Virus record (IMG/VR): IMGVR_UViG_3300043313_000272 | Strand: one strand, 5' to 3' | Length of the DNA stretch: 64,000 bases | Origin: an uncultured virus (IMG/VR IMGVR_UViG_3300043313_000272) | Taxonomy: Duplodnaviria; Heunggongvirae; Uroviricota; Caudoviricetes | Shown here: one piece after another, positions 1 to 9,360 of the stretch | Layout: each line of letters starts with the position of its first letter | How positions within the stretch are numbered: position 1 is the stretch's first letter | The notes under the pieces: generated by a model | Seen by the model: only the letters and a program-made list of their open reading frames with translations | Database searches by the model: none | What the model was told of the DNA's origin: nothing | Program-made: the position numbers and the translations under genes

Positions 1-233
1 CGGGTGCTTCCCCTAACGCGCGCGCGGGCGTCCAAGGCCCGGCCCGCTGTCACGCAACAATATGGCGTATACCCACCGACCGGCGCGCAACATCGTTCAG
101 CCTCCTGGAGGCGATCGTTGCGTGAACCCTGCGATCGGCGCAACGTGGTCGAGCCCCGGCAGGGTTCAGGGCCGGGGCTCGTGGGGAGAACGTCGAGAAC
201 TTCCACAGACCCAACGCCACCGCGTCGAGGGTA

Positions 234-989
234 TCAACCGCGGCGGATCTCCACAGCCCACGTGCCCGGCACGAGCTGGGCTGGGTCGTATTCGGCGGCG
301 TACCTCCGGAATTCGTACAGCGGGTTCGTGCGCATACCCATCAGCAGGTCCTGGGAGTGGAACGGGGTGCCGACCAGGAACACCTTCGTCGACGGGAAGG
401 TGATTCGACCGTAGCCGCGGATCCGGCGTGTGGTGCCTGGGTGGGCCATGCCGCCGACTGTGCCGAACCACCAGGTGCGCATCTTCTTCCGCTGCTCATC
501 GGTGCGGGCCGCATCATCGGTCAGGACGTCGTCGCCGATGATCACATCAGGGTGCACGGAGCGGACCGCTTTGCCGGCGCCGGCGACCTGCACCTTTGAT
601 CCGTTGGCGTATACGACCTCCATCGTGGTGTCTTTCCGGGCGTTCTGCACCATCTCGGGTGCGACCTCTTCCATGGCGTTATTGATGCGCTCCAGGAGGC
701 CCTTCGCCAAGTCGCCGGTGGCGCAGAACACGTAGGTCCAGATGCCTGGCGTGTAGATGCATCGGTGCACCGTCCGGTTGATCGTCAGCACCTCAGTTTT
801 GGCATGCTCGCGAGGTGCGAGGAGTGCGAGGCGCTGGGAGCGTGCGGCTACCCGGTACCACTCCTTGTGAAACGGAGCATTGACGAACCCGCGTTTCCGC
901 TCAGCCCATGCTGCGATCGAGTTGCGACAGATGAAGTCCTCGCGGTCCGCGGGCTGGCTGTCGACTACCAGTTCCGCGAGCGTGGTCAT
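234..989 (-). CDS. terL: Terminase large subunit, N-terminal ATPase half only
   Basis: Walker A-like APREHAKT, Walker B DVIIGDD, coupling motif VGTP; ends after YEFRRYAAEY with no nuclease domain; directly follows small terminase. Confidence 0.85.
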   Translation of the reverse strand: MTTLAELVVDSQPADREDFICRNSIAAWAERKRGFVNAPFHKEWYRVAARSQRLALLAPREHAKTEVLTINRTVHRCIYTPGIWTYVFCATGDLAKGLLERINNAMEEVAPEMVQNARKDTTMEVVYANGSKVQVAGAGKAVRSVHPDVIIGDDVLTDDAARTDEQRKKMRTWWFGTVGGMAHPGTTRRIRGYGRITFPSTKVFLVGTPFHSQDLLMGMRTNPLYEFRRYAAEYDPAQLVPGTWAVEIRRG

Positions 990-1534
990 CCCAGTCTCTC
1001 GTGCAACAGGTCGGCCAGCTCGTCCAGCGGAATGTCGAGCTTCGCAGCGGCCAGGCGCGACTCGAAGCTGCCCTCCTGCTCAACCTGACCAGCCAGGTCG
1101 GGAAGATCCTCGTGGTTCGCGGTACCCACCGCACCGCGCTCGATTCGGACGGCGATGTCAAACAGCCTGGTGGCGTCCGCAACCGACATCGCCGCGATCT
1201 TCTTCTCATCGAACGTGTTCAGCCACGACACCATCTTGCCCAGCGCAACACTCGCCAGCTGTCGATGCCGCTCCTCCATCTTGCGCCGGTAGCGGACCTT
1301 CTCCTCCAGGTCGACGCGGCCCATGTAGATGTCGTATTCGCGGGCTCGGCTGGCCCACAGCCACGTCATCGACCATTTTCTGGCCGTCGGTCCCTTGTCG
1401 CTGACTCGGCGCTTCTCATCGTTCAGGTACGCCTGGAATGCAGCGTAGGCGTTGTCGGTCTCACCTTCCTGCCGCTCCCAGGGCAGGACGTCGGGGGTGA
1501 GCGACTCCTCACCCGGGATCGTGCCGTTTGTCAT
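986..1534 (-). CDS. Terminase small subunit (probable)
   Basis: PWERQEGETDNAYAAFQAY...W..RAREYD N-terminus typical of actinophage TerS-like HTH proteins; 4-bp overlap with TerL ATPase gene. Confidence 0.7.
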   Translation of the reverse strand: MTNGTIPGEESLTPDVLPWERQEGETDNAYAAFQAYLNDEKRRVSDKGPTARKWSMTWLWASRAREYDIYMGRVDLEEKVRYRRKMEERHRQLASVALGKMVSWLNTFDEKKIAAMSVADATRLFDIAVRIERGAVGTANHEDLPDLAGQVEQEGSFESRLAAAKLDIPLDELADLLHERLG

Positions 1535-2463
1535 GATGAGGCTAAGTATGCATCCGCGAGCACCCGCAGCGCAGCCGCATGGTTCGGTGCCTCTCCCCTA
1601 GCCACAACCTTCTTCAGCGCCTTCAACGTGGCAGCCGCGTCGCCGGCGTGCATGTCGAGACCCACCAGTGTGGACGTCGGCACCAGGGTGCGGTCTGGGA
1701 TGCGCAACTCATCGCCATCCAGGTACGACCCAGACAGGTCTTCACGGTGCGCATCCCAGACATCCAGCAGCAACGCCAGCGCCACCGCGGCGTTGCGTAC
1801 GTTCGCGCTCGATCGGGCATCCTCCATCGCAGCTGAGAACCGGTCGAACTGGTCGAGGCGTGCCACCCACCGGTCGTCGGCCTTCGTCATGGTCGCCGCA
1901 TCGGTGAGCGCGGCGACAGCTCGGGCGTGCTCGTCCGGAAGGAACGTCACCACCACGGTCATGAAATCCAGGTTCGCCTCCGACAGACCGGCGGTGGTCA
2001 CGTCCCTAAACAGGTGCAGCAACTCGTCGTCCAAGCCGGTGGCCTTCCGCAGCTCAATGTCCTCGATCGACTCGTACATGTGGCGCAGCACCGTCGGATC
2101 GTCCTCGCCGAAGATCGCATTGTGCGCCAGCTGCTTGCTGCGCAGCTCATCCGGGGACAAGCCCTCATCAGTGACCGTAACGTCGACCTCGAACACCTCG
2201 GCGTCGATCGCGGCGCGGGTCCGGTTGTGGCCAGAGATGATGTGGAGCTTGCCGTCCGCACCCTTCCAGACGAACGGCCACTGCTCCAGCACACCCGTTT
2301 CGCGGATCGTCTTCACCAGCAGCTCGTACTTGCCCTTCGGCATGAAGTGGGCGTTCACCTCAGCCGGGATCAGCTCGCGCGGGTCTACCTGCTCGTGCCA
2401 GACCTTCACAGCTTCACCCTCTGCCAGACGACCTTGCGGTTGATGAGAAAGCCGTATAGCCAC
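1531..2463 (-). CDS. ParB/Srx-like N-terminal domain protein
   Basis: VDPRELIPAEVNAHFM...IISGHNRTRAA...LAHNAIFGEDD ParB-like motifs; lies between DNA-modification gene and TerS. Confidence 0.8.
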   Translation of the reverse strand: MAIRLSHQPQGRLAEGEAVKVWHEQVDPRELIPAEVNAHFMPKGKYELLVKTIRETGVLEQWPFVWKGADGKLHIISGHNRTRAAIDAEVFEVDVTVTDEGLSPDELRSKQLAHNAIFGEDDPTVLRHMYESIEDIELRKATGLDDELLHLFRDVTTAGLSEANLDFMTVVVTFLPDEHARAVAALTDAATMTKADDRWVARLDQFDRFSAAMEDARSSANVRNAAVALALLLDVWDAHREDLSGSYLDGDELRIPDRTLVPTSTLVGLDMHAGDAAATLKALKKVVARGEAPNHAAALRVLADAYLASS

Positions 2464-2554
2464 CGGCGCCCTCCGAGCCAGATGTGTGCCACCTGGATCG
2501 GTCGAGACCTGCGAAACCCCAGCGCGGCCATCTTCTGCTGCTTCCGCTTGCCCC

Positions 2555-2770
2555 TCATGCCCGCACCTCGAAGTTCTCGACGCCGTGCACCTCGCGGGCG
2601 TGTTCGATCAGCCAGGTTGTCGATCCCATCGTGGGGCGATCAGGCCAGGGATGGAACGGTGGCGGCAGGTACGGCGGACCGAGCTGGCCGCACGTGTCGA
2701 CCCGAGGGCAGTCCTCGGCATGCAGATCCGGGTGGTCCTCCTCCGGGGTGCAGTCCGGGCAGTCGCTCAT
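2555..2770 (-). CDS. Small hypothetical protein (Cys-rich)
   Basis: ORF translationally coupled to upstream gene; CPDC motif. Confidence 0.45.
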   Translation of the reverse strand: MSDCPDCTPEEDHPDLHAEDCPRVDTCGQLGPPYLPPPFHPWPDRPTMGSTTWLIEHAREVHGVENFEVRA

Positions 2771-3171
2771 GACATCTGCTCCGCAACCGACGGCCAGATC
2801 ACGTACGACGACAGGCTCAGCTCCAGGCCCTTCCGGTCCAGCTCGATGCCGATCTCGGACATCAGATAGTCCCGCAGCTCGGACCAGTCGACCTCGCTGA
2901 TCGGCTTGCCGCCTTCGATCTGAGCAACGGTGAACACCATGTCGGGGTTAGGCCCGATCGGCTTCCTCGGCTCCTCCGGCTCGCTGGTCTGCTGGAGTCG
3001 CTCGATGACGTCCAGCAGCTGCCTGGTCTCACAGGGCCACGCCAATAGGCACTTCCGGCACTGGATTGGCTGGTCGGCGGCCAGCTTCCTCTCACCGGGC
3101 ACGCTGATCGGGTTGCCGGCGGAATCCGTGAACGGCACATGTTGCCCGTTGAGCTTCACAACGTCGATCAC
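2767..3171 (-). CDS. Hypothetical protein
   Basis: Coupled by 4-bp overlaps on both sides; CxxCxxxWPC motif common in actinophage proteins. Confidence 0.6.
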   Translation of the reverse strand: MIDVVKLNGQHVPFTDSAGNPISVPGERKLAADQPIQCRKCLLAWPCETRQLLDVIERLQQTSEPEEPRKPIGPNPDMVFTVAQIEGGKPISEVDWSELRDYLMSEIGIELDRKGLELSLSSYVIWPSVAEQMS

Positions 3172-4490
3172 CGCACACCTCCATGTTTCGCGTACCAGTC
3201 AGCGTATACGTTTTGGATTGGCCGGCGCCCGGTTTCGCCGGTGTAGCTGATCGCGTACTTGTGGCCATCCTTGCCGGGGCGCCGCTCACCGATCCGCAAG
3301 CCGCCAGTCCGGTACTTCATGGACACCTGGTTGTCGGTGAAAGCCGTCGTGGCTAGGTATCTTATGTCCCGCGACAGTGACCGGCACAGCAGCAGCCGCA
3401 CCTCCTCGGACTGTGCGCACATCACGATCAGGGCGGCGAGGCGTTTGTATACGGTCGGCGCCACCGGGAAGTCGGAGAGCATGTACGCCCAAGGGCCACC
3501 GAACCTGCCGTCGTGGCTCTTGAACGCCAGACAGCCGGCGATCTTGCCGTCCAGGGTGACCGCGTAGGCGCTGGCAGGGTTGGCCGTTTTGATGCGCGGA
3601 TCGAGGTACTGGACGCGCAGCCACGACAGCTGATCGGCGGTCAGCTCCAGCAGACCTACCCGCTCGTCTCCGGAAAGCTCATCCTGCGGGCCTAGGCGGG
3701 GCGTCAGCACGGGCGCCAGGGTTTCCTTGGGCACAACCACCCGGGTGGGGCCACTGGAGGCGTACAGGTACACAGGGAGCCCGTGGGCGGTCGTCTGGAC
3801 CTCGCCCCTCAGGTAGTCGCGGAGGTGCTCCGGTCGCTCGCGCAAACCCAGGAACCAGTGCTTCCGGTCCATCACGCGCTCGATCAGCTGGTCCTTCTCC
3901 TTCTCACCCATCACCGTGTAGCTCGGGGCGGGCCAGTCGAAGTGTCGTTCCAGCGGCGCCCACATCAGCTCATAGCCGCCGCCGTAGAACGGGGGGAAGG
4001 ACACGAACGGGGCGGACTTGGGGATCTTAGAGATCCAGTCGAGGACGTCCTGACAGGCGTACCCCGCTAATGAGAGGGCCGGCGAGGTCAGCTTCGCCCG
4101 GGTCTTCTCGTGGAGCTTCGCCCACTGGGTCCGGTACGCCTTCACCTTCCGCTCGTGAAATCGATGCCTCCGTCCAACGGAATCCAGGAAGTCGGTCCCA
4201 AGAAGGATCGTCGCCACGCACGAGGCGGGGTCCGATAAAGATCCTTGCAGCCACCCCAGCTCCTCCTCCGATTCGGGTTTCAGGGTGATCGGGACAGGTT
4301 GGCCGGACGCCCACCAGCCGATCGCCGAGCTGTAGATGGTGACGTCGTTGCCGTAGTGCTCAATGCCGGGCAGCGAGCGGGCCACGGTGAAGTTGCCGGC
4401 GCACCCGTTGTACAGCTTCTTGACGCCCCACTGATCGACCATCTCGACCAAGTAGGCACGCATCTGCTGAGTGATGACGCCCTCGAACAT
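3168..4490 (-). CDS. Putative DNA modification protein: adenine methyltransferase-like N-terminus plus Mom/GNAT-like C-terminus
   Basis: GCAGNFT and GNDV (SAM-binding-like), FPPFY (DPPY-like motif IV), C-terminal YAVTLDGKIAGC...LSDFPV...TTAFTD..VSMKYR; adjacent to ParB and terminase. Confidence 0.55.
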   Translation of the reverse strand: MFEGVITQQMRAYLVEMVDQWGVKKLYNGCAGNFTVARSLPGIEHYGNDVTIYSSAIGWWASGQPVPITLKPESEEELGWLQGSLSDPASCVATILLGTDFLDSVGRRHRFHERKVKAYRTQWAKLHEKTRAKLTSPALSLAGYACQDVLDWISKIPKSAPFVSFPPFYGGGYELMWAPLERHFDWPAPSYTVMGEKEKDQLIERVMDRKHWFLGLRERPEHLRDYLRGEVQTTAHGLPVYLYASSGPTRVVVPKETLAPVLTPRLGPQDELSGDERVGLLELTADQLSWLRVQYLDPRIKTANPASAYAVTLDGKIAGCLAFKSHDGRFGGPWAYMLSDFPVAPTVYKRLAALIVMCAQSEEVRLLLCRSLSRDIRYLATTAFTDNQVSMKYRTGGLRIGERRPGKDGHKYAISYTGETGRRPIQNVYADWYAKHGGVR

Positions 4491-4981
4491 CAGTGCACGT
4501 CATCCAGGTACGTGCCCTCGCAGATGATGCCCGAAGCCGGCTCGGAGATGTGCTCGCGAGCTGAATACGCGGGCTCGTCCCTCCGGTCGATCGCCTCGAT
4601 CCACTGGACGGCGACCGCTGCGACCTGCACCAGCTCAGCACGCAGCCTCGATGGGGCGCCTTCAGCCAGCGCCTCGAATACTTCCTCCATCAGGATGTGC
4701 ATCCAAGTCCCTGAGCCGGCGCGATGCGCGTTGTCGCACATCTCCCGGCATCTCGCAGCGAAGTCCTTGGCTTCCACGCGCTCCGGGAACAGGAATACCG
4801 TGTTGGCACCAGTGCCGTCCTCGTGGTTCTGCTCACCCCACTTGGCGTCCTGCCGGGCAAGTTCGCCGGTGATCTCAGACAGCACGCGCAGCAGACTCAT
4901 CTGTTGTTCGTAAGCCATCGGTTCGGGGGGCCAGGTGATACCCATCTCTGCCTCCTTTCGAGCGGTGACCAGGATTCGCAC
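4490..4981 (-). CDS. MazG-like nucleotide pyrophosphohydrolase-fold protein
   Basis: RQDAKWGEQNH...ILMEEVFEAL...LRAELVQVAAVAVQWIEAIDRR; true start may be internal. Confidence 0.65.
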   Translation of the reverse strand: MRILVTARKEAEMGITWPPEPMAYEQQMSLLRVLSEITGELARQDAKWGEQNHEDGTGANTVFLFPERVEAKDFAARCREMCDNAHRAGSGTWMHILMEEVFEALAEGAPSRLRAELVQVAAVAVQWIEAIDRRDEPAYSAREHISEPASGIICEGTYLDDVH

Positions 4982-5131
4982 CTAGATCGTCCAGCTGGAA
5001 GCCGGATGCTCTGCTGTTGAGCTATCACCGCGGGCGCCGACCACGTGCCCGTAATTTCACTGCCGGCTCTCGGACGAGGCAATACGGGCTAGCACGCCTC
5101 GTGATCCGAGCTTTGACCGGGATCGTACCGG

Positions 5132-5587
5132 TCAAAACATGGGTTCGGCCTTCACCTCCGTCGGATCGGCGTAACCCTCTTCTGAAAGCTGCGAGAGGAA
5201 CTGGAGGGCGCCCAGCTCGGGCACGTGCTCGCCGGTCCTGCGGAACCACCAGTCGGCCCACAGGCGGCGGTGGCACCATTCGCCAGGCTTGCGCTCGAAG
5301 CACAGGATGACCAGCGGCACGTCGTCGCCGATGCCGGCGGTGGTGCGCAGCTGCCGAAACCGGGTCTCCAGCATGACGGGGTCCGACGAGCGGTCGAGCT
5401 GGGCCAGGTACTTCTCTGTGTACGACGCCTGCGGGTCCTTCAGATACTGGTACCGCGGGGTCAGACTCTCGATCTTCGACCATCCGGGCAGGTCGTAGTC
5501 GATCTTGAAACGGGGCAACGACAGCGAGGTGCGGACGGGCCACCCCATCTCACGGCGGAACTCAAAATACGAACAGGTCGCAAGCAT
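5132..5587 (-). CDS. DUF488-like protein
   Basis: SLTPRY...YTEKYLAQL...VILCFERKPGEWCHRRLWADW; good SD and promoter upstream. Confidence 0.65.
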   Translation of the reverse strand: MLATCSYFEFRREMGWPVRTSLSLPRFKIDYDLPGWSKIESLTPRYQYLKDPQASYTEKYLAQLDRSSDPVMLETRFRQLRTTAGIGDDVPLVILCFERKPGEWCHRRLWADWWFRRTGEHVPELGALQFLSQLSEEGYADPTEVKAEPMF

Positions 5588-5592
5588 TCAAT

Positions 5593-5649
5593 CTCCTTCG
5601 CCAGGTGTTCTTACAAGATCATTTTCTCAGGTCGCCGCACCCGTGTCAA
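5593..5649 (-). promoter_or_regulatory. Sigma70-type promoter TTGACA-N17-GAAAAT plus CACCTGGCGAAGGAG leader motif
   Basis: -35 at 5644-5649, -10 at 5621-5626, motif 5593-5607. Confidence 0.75.
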
Positions 5650-6560
5650 GGGTTGGCTCCGGGTGATGGCCTCGTGCCCAGCAGCTGCAGAAGGTCACCT
5701 TGTCGTTCTCCTCATCCCAGGCCTCACCGACGCACGCGTGATGTTTGCTCTGTTTGCAGTCAGGGCAGAGCGCCCCGGGTTCGTTGCTCCATTCGGTTCC
5801 ATCGCTGGTCACTATCCCACTGCTCCTTCCCGTCTAGCTCGGCTTCGAGGACGATGTCCTGGATGCTCATCTCCGCCGGCCAGCTGCGACTGTCCTTCGG
5901 CGCCTCGATCGGTCGGTTGCCGAGGCGCCTCCAGACCCCGTAGTACATGCCGACGACGGTGATCGAGGTGGAGGCGAGCACCATAGCGATCGCCAGGAGC
6001 ACGTCACCCATTGAGGGTGGCGAGCGCAGCATCCCGGGCGCGCTGCCATTCGGCGTGCTTGTCGGGGTCGCCGATGCTGAGCTTCAGCGACCGGTATGCG
6101 GTGAGGACGTCGCGGCGCAACACCTCCGGGATCTTCACCCAGCAGCTCATGCACACCAGCTGGCCGGCCATCATCTCCGCCTGGTCGACCGGGCAAACGG
6201 TCGGGGTCAGGTCGTCGATGAAGTCGACCAGCAGCTCCGCAGCCGACGTGGTCATGCCGGGTTTACGTGCTCCACCTTGATCTTGAGCGAGTCGCGCTCG
6301 TGCCCGTCGGCCATCAGCTCGGTCGACTTGCCGACCACGACGCCCTCCACGACGAACTTCACCTGCTCACCCAAGCTGGCCGGCTCGGCGTTCTGGTGGA
6401 ACTTGACGCCGACGAAGTTGTAGATCGTGCCCTCGGGGACGTCCAGCGCCTCCGCTGGGCCGCGCTGGTCGAACTCCGGCACGTCGTTCGATGCGGACGC
6501 TGCCGCGTCGGCCAGGCTGCCGTTGCTCGCGACGACGTCCTCGTCTGTTGTTACTGCCAT
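5627..6560 (-). other. Cluster of four small hypothetical ORFs (6560-6252, 6255-6004, ~6011-5760 membrane protein, 5812-5627)
   Basis: Tightly overlapping minus-strand ORFs; two have Cys motifs, one a hydrophobic N-terminus. Confidence 0.5.
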
Positions 6561-6967
6561 GGATCTGCCACCCTTCCTTGTTGCCCCGCCCTGATGGCGG
6601 GAAAGCTCATCCTCTCGAAATGTTTGAAGCCACGCCCGGTCGGCTCGCCGTGGATGTCGAAGTCAACCCAGCCCATCGCCTCCAGGAACTCCAGCTGGTC
6701 GAACGTCAGCCACTCGGGCGCGTACTTCAGATCGCCGGCGGTCTTCCTCAAGTGACATGGCGTGGAGGACTGCTGCCGACAGAACGGGCAGAACTGGCCA
6801 CACAGCGGGGCCGCGTTCCGTACGTCGCTCGGCCCACCTTGCGATCGCGGAATGATGTGGTCGAACTCGACGTAGCCGTGGTGACCGCAGGCCAGACACG
6901 ATGTCCCGTAGATCTCTGCTGCTTCGCGTGCCCATGGCCCGTCGTCACGCCGCCGTTTCTTGGCCAA
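6551..6967 (-). CDS. HNH endonuclease
   Basis: CLACG...EFDHIIPRSQGGPSDVRNAAPLC...CH..KT; TTG start at 6967 chosen for its GGAGGAG SD. Confidence 0.85.
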   Translation of the reverse strand: MAKKRRRDDGPWAREAAEIYGTSCLACGHHGYVEFDHIIPRSQGGPSDVRNAAPLCGQFCPFCRQQSSTPCHLRKTAGDLKYAPEWLTFDQLEFLEAMGWVDFDIHGEPTGRGFKHFERMSFPAIRAGQQGRVADPWQ

Positions 6968-7214
6968 CCCGCTGCTCCTCCGCCTTCTTACTGTGCTTGC
7001 GCGGAGGGAAGAACTCGCCACCCCACACGCCGTCATCGGTTGGCTTACGCATGCTCTTGCAGATCTCCCGAGCCCACAGCGGGCAACCCCGCCAGCAGAT
7101 CTTCTGCGCCTCGACGGCGAGGATCGCCCGCTGTGGACCCGGCCCCTCCGGGAAGAAAACCTCCGGATCTGTCTGCCGGCACGGCGGCTCGAACCCATTG
7201 AACGGGTCAGCCAT
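6945..7214 (-). CDS. whiB: WhiB-family transcription factor
   Basis: C-RQTDPEVFFP...AQKICWRGCP...C...GVWGG four-Cys pattern and basic tail; start at MADPF. Confidence 0.9.
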   Translation of the reverse strand: MADPFNGFEPPCRQTDPEVFFPEGPGPQRAILAVEAQKICWRGCPLWAREICKSMRKPTDDGVWGGEFFPPRKHSKKAEEQRVGQETAA

Positions 7215-7950
7215 CTTCCGGCTTCCGACGGGACTGGCCCGGCATGTAGAGAGGAGTGTTCGCCTGCTTCCACCGGTCGACGATGCGCTGCAGCTTCTCA
7301 TCTCCGGACAGCGCCGCCGGATCCAGGTTCCCAGTGACCACGGTGGAGCGGCGGGCGCGGTAGCGCGCCTCCACGATCTTCTCCAGCTCCTTGATGTGGT
7401 ACGCACCCATCTGTGACACACCGAAGTCGTCGAGCACGAGGAGGCTGGGCGATTTCAGCCGGGACACGGTGCCAGCAGCGCCCTCGTACAGCGAATCAAG
7501 CAGGGATTGCGTGTACTCCCAGGCGACGCTGAGACCGAGCTTCACCACTTCACCGCAAAGCAGGGCAGCGACGGAGGACTTGCCGGTACCGACCGGTCCA
7601 AACAGCATCAACCCGCGACCAGCGTGGAGCTTGGCTCGCAGGATGATCGGGACCCGCCACTCGCGCAGCTCCGGATAGTCGGGAGCCTCGTCCCAGGTCG
7701 CCTCAGCGTAGCGTCGCGGCACCCCGTGGGCGATCAGCTCACGTTGCAGCCGGGCGCGCTCCTTACCAGCTGATTCTTCCGGCGACTCGAATCGCTCCGG
7801 GTCCGATCGGCGCACCTCCGACAGTCGAGCCCGAGCGGCTCCCACCGCCTTGGCTGCGTCGAACCGGACTGGGTCCGTTGCCTTTCGGGTTTCCCGCGGA
7901 TCCAGATCCGTATCGCTGGTCGTAACTGCACCAGGTTGTGAGTCGGGCAC
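7207..7950 (-). CDS. DnaC/IstB-like AAA+ ATPase (helicase loader)
   Basis: GLMLFGPVGTGKS Walker A, LLVLDDFG Walker B, TVVTGN, RIVDR; start uncertain because of overlap with upstream ORF. Confidence 0.85.
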   Translation of the reverse strand: MPDSQPGAVTTSDTDLDPRETRKATDPVRFDAAKAVGAARARLSEVRRSDPERFESPEESAGKERARLQRELIAHGVPRRYAEATWDEAPDYPELREWRVPIILRAKLHAGRGLMLFGPVGTGKSSVAALLCGEVVKLGLSVAWEYTQSLLDSLYEGAAGTVSRLKSPSLLVLDDFGVSQMGAYHIKELEKIVEARYRARRSTVVTGNLDPAALSGDEKLQRIVDRWKQANTPLYMPGQSRRKPEDG

Positions 7951-8179
7951 GGGGTCTCACCTCCTTTTTCTGGTCGTGGTCGAGCATCCACGCTGCCCAC
8001 TTTTCAATCTCTGCACGGAGGTCCAGCTCAGGGTGTTTCCGCTCCAGCTGCTCGATCATCACGCGATCGCGCACTGGATCCGCCGGCCATCTGACGACCT
8101 TTCCCTTCTCGACCCATTGGATCGAGTGCAGCAGGTTCATCAGGCCGTCGATGCGGTCCTCCCCGAACAAAGAGTCCAC
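7763..8179 (-). CDS. Putative replication initiator-like protein (C-terminal-domain type)
   Basis: PELDLRAEIEKWAAW...ARLTTWC resembles phage replication-protein C-terminal domains; immediately upstream of DnaC-like gene. Confidence 0.45.
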   Translation of the reverse strand: MDSLFGEDRIDGLMNLLHSIQWVEKGKVVRWPADPVRDRVMIEQLERKHPELDLRAEIEKWAAWMLDHDQKKEVRPRARLTTWCSYDQRYGSGSAGNPKGNGPSPVRRSQGGGSRSGSTVGGAPIGPGAIRVAGRISW

Positions 8180-8181
8180 CG

Positions 8182-9360
8182 TTACTCCTTCGTACGTGTG
8201 ACGTGGGTGCCAATCGGCTCACGACCGAGGCAAGACATCAGGTCAAGTTCCCGGTATTCAGCTTGCAGGGCCTGCAGCCGGGTCTTGGTGATGGTTGCCT
8301 CATCGTAGAGCCGTACACCGATCAATTCGTGGAGCTTGCGCAAGTCGATGCGATTCGCCCACTGGGTCTCGCGGAGCCACTTGTAGCCACCGGCTTTGAT
8401 CTCTCCCTCGCTCATTGCGTCGGCGCGGAACCGCTCGTCGATCTCCTTGACCGCCTTGTCCAGCAGGGTGCGGACGGTGGCCGCCTTGTCGCGCCACCCC
8501 ACCAGGTCGTCCCGGTCGTCAGGCTTCACATTCAGCAGCTCCAGCGCGAAATCTGGGATGCCTTGGAAGGCCGGGCAGTCGTCCCGGACGGGGCACTGAG
8601 CGCAGCCTGGGTTGATCCGCGGCTTATGGTCCTCGTCGCGCCAGATGGTGCGACACACCGCCACCGTGTAGGCGTACCAGGCTTCCATCTCGTCGTCGGT
8701 GAACACCACCTCCGGCAGCTCGCGCCACTTGATCAGGTCGAGGTGCACGACGACACGCCGCGGCTTCCGCGGGAACCCCAGCGTCTCCCACAGCTGCATG
8801 ATCAGCCACACGTACGTCTTCAGCTGCGCGGACTCCTTGACGTCCTGCACGCTCGGGTACCAGAAGCCCGATTTCCAGTCGCCCAGATGGACCACGTCAG
8901 GCGTGTCATCGTCGATGGAGATCCGGTCGATGATGCCCTGGATGTTCGTCGGGCCGAACTCCTCGTCGACGTACAGCTCGGTCTCCAGGTGGACCTCGGT
9001 GGCCCAGGTGCCATAGCGGTCGAGCGGGCTGGCTTCGCGGCTGATGTAGGCCCTCAGGTCCTTCAGAGCCTCGGCGTAGCGGGTGTCGGACAGCCCGATG
9101 TCCCAGACCGCCTCCAGCGCCTCCTCGGGGCCGCAGTCGTGCTTCTCCATGTGCTCGATCGCGCGGTGCATCACCCGCCCGTAGCGCAGCCATTCGTTGT
9201 CTTCGCGCTTGACCCGCTGCTCGCCGTAGCGGGCGTAGTACTGGCGGGGGCAGCCTCGCGGCTCAACCTCCGGCCAGTCGAAGCCCAAACCGCCGTAGAT
9301 GCGCAGCGAGTTCGGCGACACACAGGGCACGCCAGAGCGGACCGAGTTGGGGATGATCAT
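8182..9360 (-). CDS. PD-(D/E)XK RecB/Cas4-like exonuclease
   Basis: CPRQY, G..MHRAIE, GIIDRI, DWKSG, QLKTY, C-terminal CAQCPVRDDC Fe-S cysteines. Confidence 0.9.
   Translation of the reverse strand: MIIPNSVRSGVPCVSPNSLRIYGGLGFDWPEVEPRGCPRQYYARYGEQRVKREDNEWLRYGRVMHRAIEHMEKHDCGPEEALEAVWDIGLSDTRYAEALKDLRAYISREASPLDRYGTWATEVHLETELYVDEEFGPTNIQGIIDRISIDDDTPDVVHLGDWKSGFWYPSVQDVKESAQLKTYVWLIMQLWETLGFPRKPRRVVVHLDLIKWRELPEVVFTDDEMEAWYAYTVAVCRTIWRDEDHKPRINPGCAQCPVRDDCPAFQGIPDFALELLNVKPDDRDDLVGWRDKAATVRTLLDKAVKEIDERFRADAMSEGEIKAGGYKWLRETQWANRIDLRKLHELIGVRLYDEATITKTRLQALQAEYRELDLMSCLGREPIGTHVTRTKE

Noticed and set aside
234..300. Split intein or recombinational rejoining of the terL halves
   Set aside because: No intein block A (C/S start) or terminal HN-C/S/T motifs, and no shared direct repeat seen at the two junctions by eye
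8182..9360. Cas4 of a CRISPR system
   Set aside because: Stand-alone RecB/Cas4-like exonuclease in the recombination module; no cas1/cas2 or array
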